Translations under genes and position numbers: made by a program
Notes under the pieces: generated by a model
The model's database searches: none
What the model saw: the letters and a program-made list of their open reading frames with translations, nothing else
Told to the model about the DNA's origin: nothing
From: Lingula anatina
Taxonomy: Eukaryota > Animalia > Brachiopoda
DNA length: 64,000 nucleotides
Assembly (NCBI GenBank): GCA_051362555.1
Contig: CM120642.1
Span: 7,626,001 to 7,690,000 of the forward strand
Reading direction: 5' to 3'
Shown: positions 47,298 through 59,781 of the stretch, in pieces
Position numbering within the stretch: the first letter of the stretch is position 1
Layout: each line of letters begins with the position of its first letter

Positions 47298-49976
47298 ATG
47301 GGAACACGAGAACAATCAGTAGAAGCCTCTGAATGCGATGAGTTAGAACGGTGAGCTTGTTTTTCCTCTTTTCTCTCTCTTTCTCTCTCTTTTTAACAAT
47401 ACAAGGTCGATTTTGCCTTGATTGGTTAGGTAGTAATTATAGCCCTGTACATATGTAACTGGCTCTCCGAATCGCCAGAGGAACCGAAATGCAGCAAGGA
47501 TTCTCTCAGGCATATCCCACTATATGTACTCCATTATTATGAGATCAAGTGTAGCGTACGTCTCAAAAAGTGTAAAGCTATCATTTACATTTGATTATTA
47601 GGTACGTTTGCAGTATCCCCCCCCCCCCCTCAAAAGAAAAAAAAAATTAAACAAATTAATTTAGAAAAGTTATTGAATACCACAGACTCACAGTTAAATG
47701 GTGGGGGGGGGGGTGATACTGCAAAAGCGCCAATTATTATTGTCAATGATACATAATTTTATAATAACTTTGATGATACATTAATGGATTCTAAATAATT
47801 TGGATATTATTTACAGGCTTGCCACCCAAGAACTGATGAATGAGGCTAAACGTGGAGCAGAAAGAGCCAAGGACTATGGATCATTTGGATGGTAAGTTTG
47901 CACTGAAGATTTAACACAGATACTAGTACATCTGATGTGATAAGTAAGTAACACCAAATTATAAGACTATGACAAAAATTTCCTTAAAAAAGACAATATA
48001 TGCTTTAGATTTTGTCAAACTTAAATTTAAATCAAAACAAGTTAGTTTTTTAGTACTGTAATTATTATTTGTGATCAAGTTCATTCAACTATTTTGAAAT
48101 GTCATTGACAAGGTGTAAATTCAGTATGCAAAACAATGCAAAAAAAAAAAAAAACAAACATATTTTGATATCATCAGCAAAATCCAAGAACATTATGTGG
48201 CTCAAACAAACCCAACAGATACATACTAGTATTGGGTTTCATACATACTGATATATACTGAGTACAAATTCTCTCTCAGGTTGAAATCCCATGTTCCCCC
48301 AGCCAACAAAAGGTTTCTGGCTAATACCCTGGTGTCCACTCTCCGAAACCCTCCTCACCTGAGACGATCAGATCAAAATGGTTACCGCAGATGGAGGCGA
48401 CACAGCAGTGACAGTGAGGACAGTGACGAGAGGAGGAGACATCGCAGTAGAAGTCCAGGCCACAGGAGGGGACGCAGGGAAACTGATCACAGGGATGACC
48501 ACAGGTAGTGGAGGCAAGATAGTGCTGCCAACAGAGAACTTGACATAATTACATAACCAAATTTAAGAACTGTCTCAGTCTGTCTGATTTTCGAAAAATT
48601 TTATCGGTGGCCACTGTTAACTTTCAAGGATAAACTAATTTTCATTAATGAAAGATGATTTGAAAATTTTAAAACTCATCCTTTTTATCTAATGGATATT
48701 GTCCTTTTCTCTGCTTACTCATTGTATTTGAGATACCTGCTTATTTTTTACCTCCAATCGTCCTTTCAACTTTTATAGACTTTTGATTGATTAATTTGAC
48801 AATCTTGAGTTAAAATATCACATGAAATGCTGACATCTGACAATTTTTTTTCATATTTATAGGGCAAAGAGGGAGAGAAAAAGAGATAAAGACAGAGAAC
48901 TCAAAGACAGCAGTAATTGGAAAAAGGACAGCAAAAATAGGTCACATCATCAGAGGGAAAATGAAATGTCTCAAAATCTGGCAAATTCTCAAAAAGATCA
49001 CAAACCCAAAGAAAGTTCATCTTCAGGAAAAACTGATTTGATCCCTGATTCAGAGAATGATAAGCTGCCATCCATTGTTTCCTTAAAAGACAACTTGGTT
49101 GATGAAAGTGGACTTGGTCACAAAGATCATAATTCTCAGGGAAGTCCAAGACAGAAAAACTCAAATGAGAAATCTGCATTTGATGATAAAGCAGACCATA
49201 GAGTAAAAATGGCTGAATTAGAAGAAGGACAGGGACAGATAGAAGAACACACCAAAAGTTCACTTCAAGAAGAAACTTCTCAGGTGACTGCAACTGATGC
49301 CGGAAGTAATGAGGTTATTTATACTGAGGTTGGCTTACAAAGTACAAATTCTTTATCTGGCTTGAGGGAAACTTGTTCTACAATGACTATAGAAAAGTCA
49401 GGTGATGGTGATGGAGCAACTAATGTTAAAACTTTGACACCCTCTGAGCAGTCAAGAAATAATAAAGACCTAGAAAGATCAGCAGCCACATCCAAAATCA
49501 ACGAAGCAGAAGCAGTGTCAAAAAATAATGGTAAAGAAACTGATTCAGAAGTTTCTTCAAGTCAGCACAATATGGGGGTTTCTGAAAGTGTAATCAGTGA
49601 GGCAAAGAGTCATGATGTAGAGAAAAATGAAAGTGAAAGTGGAGGCAAGCAGAGAAGTGACAGTGGAAGAGGAAGCAAACATGGGAACACAGAAAATGTG
49701 GAAAATTCTAAGAAAAGAAAAGTGTCAAAAAACGACAAAAAAGAAATTGAAACTACTTCAAGTGATATGAAGGTCTCAGGAAAAGAAATCCGTGAGACTA
49801 AGGCTCATTTTGTTGATGGAAATAGAAATGAAAGTGGAAGTAAACAGAAAGATGTGGAAAATGTGGATGAATCTAGAAAAAGAAAACATAAACATAAGCA
49901 AAAACACAAACACAAAAAACATAAAAAGCACAAACAAAAGCATAAGGGCAAGAAGCACATCAAGGAGGAACTTTGA
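47298..49976 (+). CDS. POLR1D: POLR1D-isoform-2-like protein (not the RPAC2 polymerase subunit) with a long low-complexity extension and KH-rich tail, about 488 aa
   Basis: Exons 47298-47350, 47817-47891, 48280-48504, 48863-49976; phases consistent. ELERLATQELMNEAKRGAERAKDYGSFGWLKSHVPPANKRFLANTLVSTL matches my recollection of human POLR1D isoform 2 (ELERKAIEELLKEAKRGKTRAETMGPMGW...TNKRFLINTI). Followed by RS/RD-rich, S/E/K-rich and KHKHK segments. Confidence 0.85.
47600..47730. mobile_element. Small MITE-like inverted repeat in intron 1 of the POLR1D-like gene
   Basis: TTTGCAGTATC + poly-C at left; poly-G + GATACTGCAAA at right. Confidence 0.55.
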
Positions 49977-50462
49977 ATATTTTGATTGTAAAATAAAATG
50001 AAACAAATTGGAGACTAGGTAAAGCTCGAGCTACTGGGAAATGTACTTTACCCAGAAAAGTGAAGTATGACAGTAAAACAAAGAAAACCACTTTTAACCT
50101 TTTTATTTATGTTTCATTGAAATTGAAAGGAAAACAAGTTTCATGGAGTTTTAAAGCAAAAATTATGTTAAAAAACGAGTGCAAAGTGAAAAAATTGATT
50201 AAGTAAGATCAAATTCTATAGGAAAATGTGCTAGAGTGAAACAAGAATGTGAAAAATGTTTTGTGAATTGAAATAAAGCATTGAAATGGAATTCAATCTG
50301 GGATTAGGATACTTAAATGTACAAAGTTACTGTTTTTATAGTATGCTTGGTCATTAAGATCAGTGTTATAAGAAGTCTGAGTTTAATCTGTGAAGAAATA
50401 ATTGACTAATTTTCACAGGTAGATAAGGTTCCATTTGTTACCACAGGTTCTGACAAGTGTCG

Positions 50463-53122
50463 TTTTTATGTACAGACACAGATGTGTCTGTACATATTGC
50501 CATCACCTGCGTCTGTCGTCGCCGTCGCCGATGGCGATGCCGATGCCGATGCCGTCGCCGTGCACTTTCCTTGTAAACACGATAAGTGGAAGGCAGTTTT
50601 ACTTTTTGGCTTTATATTTACAGAGCTGATGAATATTCATAAAACGCAGGTCAAGTTCGAAAATCAGCATGATCGGGCCATTATTGTAGAAGTTATGCTG
50701 TTTTTTCACTTTTCAGCATATATGCAACCTTGTAAACACATTTTAAGGAAAACCGTTAGGCCTGTTGTCATGACACTCACAGGAATAATCAATCTTACTA
50801 AAACGCAGGTCAAGTTCGAAAATCAGCATAATCGGGGCATTATTTTAGAAGTTATGCTGTTTTTTCACATTTCCTCAGATTTCCTCAGATTTAATTCTTA
50901 GGCATGTTAATAGCCTTATTATTTAAGTAATAAGATACGTAAAAGTGTTTGTTTGACATTTCCTGCATCTTTACAACATTGTTAGTTGATTATATAAAAA
51001 TGATGGTAAACTTGTTATCGTGTATTGTGTAATAAAGTGTCAAAAATGGAAATAAACTCATATCATTGCAGTTTGTCAGATTCAATCATTCGCTATGTTC
51101 AGAATCTCAGAATGGAAGAAATTGGACATTTAACACTGTTCTATTGATATTTTTCACATCTCATCAATTTTCTTAGTTGATCTTATAAAAATGGCAGTAA
51201 CCTATTAATTTTGTTTTTATGTTAAAAAAGTGTTAAAAATGGAAATAAACCCATTTCAGAACAGTGCAGTCTTGTTTACATTTTGGCATTTTGAAGGTGT
51301 GACTTTGAAGTTCCATCGGCCTAAAAACCTTTGTTAGTCACGTTTACTATTTGTCCATGATACTAATATTTTATTATTAAAAATTGATGATCATTATGCT
51401 GTTAAACATTATGTAATATTGCATCAAAATTTGAAAAAAACCTATTTTGGGCACTGCTCCCATGATGACCATTTAAGAAAAACCATGTCACTAACTGTTC
51501 TCAAACAGTACAGTTAATGTGTACAGATGTGTCTGTACATATTGCCATCACCTGCGTCTGTCGTCGCCGTCGTTGCCGTCACTGTCGCTGTCGCCGGCGC
51601 CATGCACTTTCATTGTAAACACGATAAGTGGAAGGCAGTTTTACTTTTTGGCTGTATATTTACAGAGCTGAAGAATATTCATAAAATGCAGGTCAAGTTC
51701 GAAAATCGGCATGATCGGGCCACTATTTTAGTAGTTATGCTTTTTTTTTCACTTTTCAGCACCTATGCAACACTGTAAACACAATATAAGAAAAACAGAT
51801 AGGCCAATTGTCATTAAACTCACAGGAGTGGTCATTCCTGCTAAAACGCAGGTTGAGTTAAAAAATCAGCATAATCGGGCCATTATTTTAAAGAAATGCA
51901 GTTTTTTCACATTTCCTCAGATTTAATTCTTAGGCATGTAAACAGTTTCATTATTGAACTAATAAGATACGTAAAAGTGTTTGTTTGGCATTTCCTGCAA
52001 TTTTACAACATTATTAGTTGATTATGTAAAAATGATGGTAAACTTGTTATCGTGTATTGTGTAATAAAGTTTCAAAAATGGAAATAAACTCATATCATTG
52101 CAGTTTGTCAGATTCAATCATTCACTATGTTCAGAATCTCAGAATGGAAGAGATTGGACATTTAACACTGCTCTGTTGATATTTTTCCCATCTCATCAAT
52201 TTTCTTAGTTTATCATATAAAAAACGGCAGAAAACTGATAATTTTGTTTTATGTTAAAAATTGTTAAAAATGGAAAAAAAAAACATTTCAGAACAGTGCT
52301 GTCTCGTTTACATTTTGGTTCCATGGGCCTGAAGACCTTTGCTAGTCACATTTTCTGAATATCCATAATTCTAATATTTTATTATTAAAGTTGATGGTCA
52401 TTATGCTGTTAAACATTATGTAATATTGCATCAAAATTTGAAAAAAAAAAACTATTTTGGGCACTGCTCCCATGATGACCATTTAAGAAAAACCATGTCA
52501 TTTACTGTTCTCAAACTTACAGGAAAGAAACATGGGACTAAAATACAGCTTCAGTAGGAAATACAGTCTGTTTGGTAATTCTTGCTGCCAGTTAAACAGT
52601 TATTTTGTGAAAATTTAATTTTTCACATATTGGCATTTTCAAGGTGTGACTTTGAAGTTCCACGGGCTTGAAGACCCATGCTAGTCACATTTTCTGAAAA
52701 TCCATGATACGTATATTTTATTATTAAAATTGAGTTATTATGCTGTTAACCATTATGTAATATTGCATCAGAATAGAAGAAAACACAATTTTGGGTGCTG
52801 CTGCCATGATGACCATTATGGGAAAACCATGTTACTTATGATTGCCAAACTTTCAAAAAAGAAATACAGGACTAAAATGCAGTCTGAGTTGGAAAAGCAG
52901 TCTAAGGAACTTCTTTTTCTGGAAGTTATACATTTTCAAAGTGTAAACTTGTCACATATTTTAATTACATTGGTATTACCTGTTGAGGATAATTAAAATT
53001 TGATGTTGAATTTTCAGTTTAACATAATGTATTTTTGCATCAGAATTGACAGTAGCCTATTTTGTGCATAGTTATTTCCTGTTTTTTGTCTGTACATTTG
53101 ACAGCTTTGCTGCCTTGTTTTT
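50463..53122 (+). mobile_element. Helentron-associated interspersed element (HINE/DINE-1-like) with internal tandem duplications
   Basis: T-run, sub-terminal IR ATGTACAGACA (50468-50478) with adjacent palindrome, (GTC/GCC)n microsatellite, internal tandem repeats, matching TGTCTGTACAT (53087-53097), short hairpin CAGC-TTT-GCTG and T-run. A roughly 1045-bp internal unit is duplicated (starts 50479 and 51524). Confidence 0.75.
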
Positions 53123-53558
53123 CTAGAGTGAGAGAATATTAAAAAAAATGTTATAATAATTTCTCTTTCTTCTATGGCCCCATAGGTGTTTCATTATTTA
53201 GTGAATAAATAGAAAATGTGGAAACAATTGTTTGTGATTAGTTGATTAGTTTTTTTTTTTTTTCAGTTTAAATGCAATGTATACTATATGTACGTAAAGG
53301 GGAGAAGAATGGGGTGCGTGACATATTTAAAAAATCAAGGCAAACGAAGAAAACTTCTATGTGCAAGAAGAAAAAAGTCTAAAATGCAGATTTTTGAAGT
53401 ATTTTAAAAAGCTGGAAACAAAACATTCAGTTTGATATTTTGGGGGATGGGGGTGGAGGGCAATGATCAAGAACTATATTTCTCGCCCTCCCCACGCCCC
53501 CTCATATGCTCAGAATATGGTGCCAGAGCTATGTATCTTTTTTTTTTTTTTTGCCTTA

Positions 53559-53864
53559 GGTCACTGTCACATCTAGCGTAAGGCATCAACGCATGACAAA
53601 AATTGTCCATACGCTGACAAACACAACCGGTCCGTTAGACTTACGCCGTATATGTCTCGAGTACGCAGAAAAACGTTGGTGTACGTTCGCATGCCCGAGA
53701 GATAAAATGTTTTGAGCATGTTCAAAAACAATTCCATACGCCGCTTATATCTTCATTTTAATATGCTGGAAACAGGGTGATTTCATAGGCTCTAAGTTGT
53801 GCGTGTAATCGGTGTCACATACTATGTTCATACATACCTCTTTACGCTAGGTGTGACAGAGTCT
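53559..53864. mobile_element. PIF/Harbinger-type MITE, 306 bp
   Basis: Imperfect TIRs GGTCACTGTCACATCTAGCGTAA and TTACGCTAGGTGTGACAGAGTCT; TTA duplication at 53556-53558 and 53865-53867. Confidence 0.75.
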
Positions 53865-55301
53865 TTAGGTATTTTTTTATGGGCAGTAACGCATATTACC
53901 TAAGTCATTGTCCTAGTGAACGTTTGTGTACTGATATGACTTGATATAATCTCCAGTGGAAACAGACTTGAAACGTTTTTGTTTCTTTTTATATTATCTT
54001 ATTTATTTATCTACTTTGCATGTGAGATTTGTCAAGAAAAGTTGTAGCTGTCCATTTCTTTTTTGGTACATTTTCAGTGGAACAACATCCAAAGTGTCTG
54101 ATACGATGGCGTGTCATCTGTCTGTTCATTTCTTTGTTTATTTTCACACTTATTTTATTCCCAAAAGGCCAACTGACCGATCCAATGGTGGATCAAGGGT
54201 TGGGGATGTATAGTATTTTTTGTTAAAACAAACTCGGCTAGATCTATAAAAAGCAAACGACCTGTCGTCCCTGTGCCTTCCCTCTTACGGTAAAACCGCC
54301 CCTTGTACTACAGTATGCTATTTCGTGCTGACAGAGCGAAGAGAAGAAAATACATATTCTTACAGGTTTGCTGAGTTACAGTAGTTGAAATATGCTCAGA
54401 CACACCAAGGAACTTCCTACATGAAGAAGCATAGTGCTCACGCGAATTGCGAAATTTGTTCACATACATACTCGACCCTTTAATTGATAGTGTTTTCATT
54501 ATACGATATTCTGGTAAAAAACAGAGAGTGTTTGGTGTTAAAAAAGCGTTTATTCTTATATACATTGCAAATGGTAATTCAAGTTGACAAAGTTTCAGTT
54601 CATTTCATCATTCTCCGTTTCCATGGAATATTTTCTGAACATCTACTCGTCACTTCCGAACCATTTATCTGAAAAAAGAAAGAAAAGAAATTTAATCAGC
54701 TATCAGTGAAGTGTCAATTAAGCATCCATCCCGTAACATAGGATTTATTTTTTCCGATGAGAACAAATAAAATAAAATCGAAAAGAGTTCGCAACATCTC
54801 TCAAATTTGTCAAGATGTCAATGTGCTTGTTTTTGTTTTTGTTTTTGGGTCACCTGTAAACTGTCGTCTGATGGCAAATGCCATCTACCTAATTTTTTCA
54901 TATTCAGACTTTTTTTGCTAAGAACTTGGTATTTCAAACTCAATAATATTTTCGTTTTTGTGGTTGATGCACTTCAGCAAAACGTCAAATATCGTCATTA
55001 CTTATTTAACATTATATTAAATGCTAAGTCAAAATTCTTAATATTACTTTGTCCAGAAATATTTCAGCTCGTAAGTTAACACCGTTTTTATAAATATTTT
55101 GGCCTAAAAACATTTTGGAACCCAAAATTGCTTTTTTTCGAATAAACTTATTGTCAATAACTAAGCCAAATCATATCTAATAAAACATTCATAAACACAT
55201 AATTATAATCCCAATATAGCCCAACATTAGGCGAAAATTTAGGCACCAAACCCGATTAAAAAGTAAACGAAGCTTACCTTCAATGATATAAAAAGGGCAG
55301 T

Positions 55302-55544
55302 TTAGCCTTTGTAACCGTGTCTGTAACCACCATAGTAACCGCTTCTGTAGCCACCACGGTATCCATAGCCACCATATCCTCTGTATCCGTAGCCACCATA
55401 TCCTCTGTATCCACCATATCCACCACGGTAAACGCCACGGTAGCCGTAGCCACCATAGCCTCTAGCCACACCGTAGCCGTGACCGTACTTCTGGCCGAAG
55501 GCAAGGCCGAGGATAAGGATGAGGCAGAACAATTGCTTCAGCAT
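55302..55544 (-). CDS. Secreted Gly/Tyr/Arg-rich peptide precursor, 80 aa
   Basis: ATG at 55544. Signal peptide MLKQLFCLILILGLAFG, then a 63-aa mature region of (YR)GYGG repeats ending YKG-stop. TATA box upstream, 3' UTR intron 55277-54669 (AAG|GTAAGC...TTTTCAG), AATAAA at 54549-54554. Confidence 0.9.
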   Translation of the reverse strand: MLKQLFCLILILGLAFGQKYGHGYGVARGYGGYGYRGVYRGGYGGYRGYGGYGYRGYGGYGYRGGYRSGYYGGYRHGYKG

Positions 55545-55615
55545 GTTGAAATGGTGCGTAGATACCGTTGTCAGCAGCAAAGGTGAATACAGTTTGCTTG
55601 AAAAATATCGCCGCC

Positions 55616-55622
55616 TTTTATA
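55616..55622 (-). promoter_or_regulatory. TATA box of the GYR-rich peptide gene
   Basis: GCTATAAAAGGCGG on the minus strand, about 72-78 nt upstream of the ATG. Confidence 0.8.
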
Positions 55623-56736
55623 GCACAGCGAAGAGTGTGACTGTCTTCGATTAAACGTTGAGATTATCTTTTTCTTTTATTTCTAATTGCTTTTGGACAT
55701 CAAACGTGACAGCATGAAATGTGACTCTGCACGAAAATAGATAATTGATTGCCAAAGGCATTGACATTGACAAGGGAAGGAAGGTTTTTATAGTGCCCCC
55801 CCCTCCAGTTACCAAAACGTCCCATTGGATATTTTTAAAAGTATTTTTGAGTTCCTGTATATTAATCAAGATGATTAATGATTTTAATGGACAGGCCTGG
55901 ACAGGACAGGCCTATGTGCCTGGACGTACCGGCACAGCCATTACAGTGCACTTGTTACTAGCCAGCACCATATAACGAAAATTAGTTATAGTTCTCAAAC
56001 TCACGGACTGACTTACAGATTGAGTTCGAATGAATTATAGTTCGATAAGTTATGAATTTTTTCGTTTTCTAATTTTTTTGTTTTCACAATGTTGCTTTTT
56101 CCAGGTGTTAATTAATGAGTCTTATATTGTGGTGTAGCGATTGTTCAGGGCCTGTGAAACAGGTATATATTATGACTAGTAGGTTATTCTACATTATAGG
56201 CAGTTTCATTGGTACACCGGTGAAAATTATAACATATGAAGTGATGCTTGAAAATATTTGCTTTCTTTCGGCTGCGATTTGTGCATTGCTAGCGCCATCG
56301 TCAATAAGATGAATTTTGAAATAAAAGTGTTCCATCACACATCGTGCATACGGTATCAGAAGGGGTTGACATAATTATAAGTAAACAAAATGACGAAAAA
56401 AGTGTTGTTTAAAAAGGATTATTTTGTTCTCTTATAAAAGGCGATTTCGTTGTATCGCAAAATTAAAGCATCTTTTCTTCGACGGACTAATCTATTCGTA
56501 ACTCACAATCTTTTATTTTTCAAAAACAACAAATATTAAGTGTCCCGTTCGTTTTCTAAGTAAAAGACAACTTTTATAATGCAATTTTTCTTGAATTCAA
56601 GATGCAACTTTTCAAAATGATTCCTGGTCAGATTGTTGATGAACATGTTTCAAGGTAACAAAATATTCAGAAAGCCGGAGACACATTGCATACATGAATA
56701 TTGTTGATCAGGCCAATATTTACCGTTTTCTTGCAC

Positions 56737-56778
<42 letters not shown>

Positions 56779-56782
56779 TTCT

Positions 56783-56817
<35 letters not shown>

Positions 56818-56818
56818 T
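56737..56818. repeat. Compound (AAT)n/(TTTA)n microsatellite
   Basis: Visible runs. Confidence 0.9.
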
Positions 56819-59781
56819 AGTCTAAAATCCAACGTATGTTCAATAGACTTTACAGAATTTATAAAATTCACAATTAAAAAGAAAAAAATTACTAATGGTT
56901 ATAAGATGAATAGAAGGAAAATGATAGTAAAAAAAATGTTAAAGGTAAAAAATAGATACATATAAAATGGATAATAGATTGATGGCATCATTATCATCAT
57001 GCATGTGGAGGCAGCTGCAGCACATATTGAAACCCTATTCTATCCCTCTCATTTAATTCCTTTTAACTCCAGTAGGCTCGGAGCACTGATGGAGTGTATC
57101 TTAGCTATTAGATGGAATAGAAGTAGCAATAGCTTGCTTATAAACCAAACTTAGGAGCGGGGAACAACGTTTTAAGTGTCTACATAATTGCCAAATATTT
57201 ATCTGATATAGAATATTCTCTTCAATAACTTATGGCTTTCAACAAAAGAGAAAGTAGGAACAGTCTTTTTAGCAAGATGGTACATTGCATAATATTGCCT
57301 TCTTAATATATGCCATCAAAACACTTAAAGAGACAATTCACAGAATACTAGCGCCTTTAAACACAATATCCACATTTTCTGGATATCTTCATTAACTTTC
57401 GAGTGCACACTGTCTGTCAATCTAAGCCAAAATTTTCATAAATATGCTGTTACGTGTAAGCCCCTTTCGTCAATAAACTAACCTAAATGAACAGCAACAC
57501 GTATTCCTTTCATTCTCTTTTCAATGTAAAAATAGCCATATTGATCAAAGCATACTTCCGTTACCTAATAACAATTATAATGATGCTATCAGTGACAAAA
57601 ACAGTGGTCTATAAAGTACGGCTTTTCAGCCATTGGCCTTCATGTACCATCCCTTTATTTAAGAGCCAAATGTAAACAAAACAGTTCTAGCAAAACGTTT
57701 GCAGTTGATGTATCTCAAAATAAATACATGTAGGGCCTACCTACTTATTTTGCTGAAGGGGTGGGTCTAACAGTCGAGGGCAGATGAACTATTTTATCAA
57801 AAGAGAGAGAGAGAGAGGGGGGACTGGTATTTGGATATCATTTATTGTTTTGGAAAACGATTTGTCTACAAAACACTTTAGTTTTCATGTTGATGCTCAT
57901 CTTCTTTTTTTTTATTACGAGATGTTGATCGCTGAGTTGGAATTTCAACTTCTCAAAACGCGTGCACAGGGGTCATCATTCCGATATGTCAACGGAGTCG
58001 TTATGTAATTCATTTTCTTATCTTTAAAAACTTTTTATTATAAATCAAATATTACAATGCAGACATTGAAATACTACTGTAACACACGAAACTCGTGACT
58101 TGAGATTGATGGCTGTGCTCGTACGAATGACATGCAAAGTGAAGTTGGAGTGCAAAGTTCTAGTCCAATGTGCTACACGTAACAAATAAAGTTTTCAACT
58201 AACCAGGCCTAACTGAGTAGTTTGTTCTTCCACTTTTATATACCTTGTTGTAACTTGGCGGAATAGGTGTGTGTTCGCATTATATACTCCCCACGAAAAA
58301 GGAGACTATGTTCGAGGTGGCATTGCGGCGATCATTCATTTGTTTGTTTAATAATAGAGAAAGCAAAATAGGTTCGAGATAAGTAGAGGACTTATATGAT
58401 GGCATTAAAATAGGTGTTGGGGCTTCGTAAAAAGGTAAAAAGGTAATTGATTTACTGCGTAAATGACGATTGTCAATGTTGGGTAGCATCCCACAGTTCG
58501 GGTAATTTTTTTTCTAAATCAGTTTTCTTTTCATTTTGAAGTAAGTCGGAGGTCGTTTTATATATTCGAACATAAAATTGTAAGTTTCATGAATTATCTA
58601 CAAAAATATGCCGAGTGTTGGAGTGTGATGATACTTTGTCTACTGCGCTGAGGCTTGGAATCAACAAGAATCCGAGACTGAAGTATCTACTGCTTTTTTT
58701 GTGCGGGAAAGTAAAACACGCTTTCCAAAACACAATCGATATCCTGACGGAAACAATATTTTGATTTGTCAATAAATTATTTGCCTGCAGGTGCTTGCAT
58801 GTTCGTTAAATGAAATGAAAATTGACATGCAGGTAAATCGGTGCCGCTTTCAGGCACAGTGAGTGTCAGCTCCTTTATGTCAAATCCTTTGCATTTGACG
58901 CTTACCGGACACGTGGAATTTTCTGACTGAAGCCTCCCCCCCCCCCCCTCAAGAAAGAAGCGATTCCAACCGAATCCAGGTCTCCTGTAATATCTGAAAT
59001 AATTTTTATCTTTTACCTTGGTGGAGCTCGGAGCTCTCGGGGGTCCGTCGACCAGGTAGTTCACTTGTTCAAGGACATTAACCTTGTGATGCACATTTTT
59101 AGCTGAGCTGTTAATTGATGTCCGTAGGCGCCTGGATTTCAGGAAATAATAAATCAGAGTGCCTCTGTTTAGTACTCAATTCTCTTGACACAAAATGACG
59201 ACTGCAGTCCAGCAAAACAATGAAAAAGAAACTAGCCACTTCGTGTTCAGAATTCTTATATATTTGAACAATTCTGGTGATAGAACTTGCTTTTGTTTCA
59301 CAATGTATAAAATCTGTCATAATCGTAACAAGTTACATACTAGTTTGACCAATGGATTAAGTGCTTTTTTAAAAATATTAACAACATCAAAATAGTCACC
59401 TTCAAGCCAAAGTTGACTAAAGATAAATCACACCACATTTCCTACACAAACGCCTTTTCCCCAGTGAATTTTGTTTTGAAAGTGTTACAAAATAAAGCAC
59501 AATACACATGTAAGCTGCCTTTTTAAAAAAAAAAATGAACTTTTTATCATGAACATCTGGCATTTTTGAAGACATTTATATGAAAGATATATACTCAATA
59601 TGAAACAACTCTGTTTTGTTCATTACTATTCTTCTAAAACATTGAAATCAGATCTTCACTATAATATCATGCAATATTAATAAATCTTAGATATCTTTTA
59701 TGTATATAATTGTGACCATGGTAAATTTTTCTTTAAATAATTTGGAATACGTTATAGAGCTTTATATTAATAGTTAGTTTA

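Noticed and set aside
50482-51778. Two similar ORFs beginning MCLYILPSPASVVAV, suggesting a duplicated gene
   Set aside because: They are the repeated head of the HINE element; frames diverge between copies and there is no gene structure.
55280-55586. Overlapping T/V/A-rich ORFs on both strands
   Set aside because: Alternative frames of the GYR repeat; only the GYR frame has a signal peptide and TATA context.
57040-57470. Possible decayed LINE ORF2 3' fragment (KFWLRL-like peptide on the minus strand)
   Set aside because: Too degenerate; no RT motif visible. It needs a RepeatMasker/tBLASTx hit to call.
58280-59320. Run of minus-strand ORFs with higher CpG content
   Set aside because: No recognisable domain or consistent splice structure; probably a repeat remnant, but termini could not be defined.
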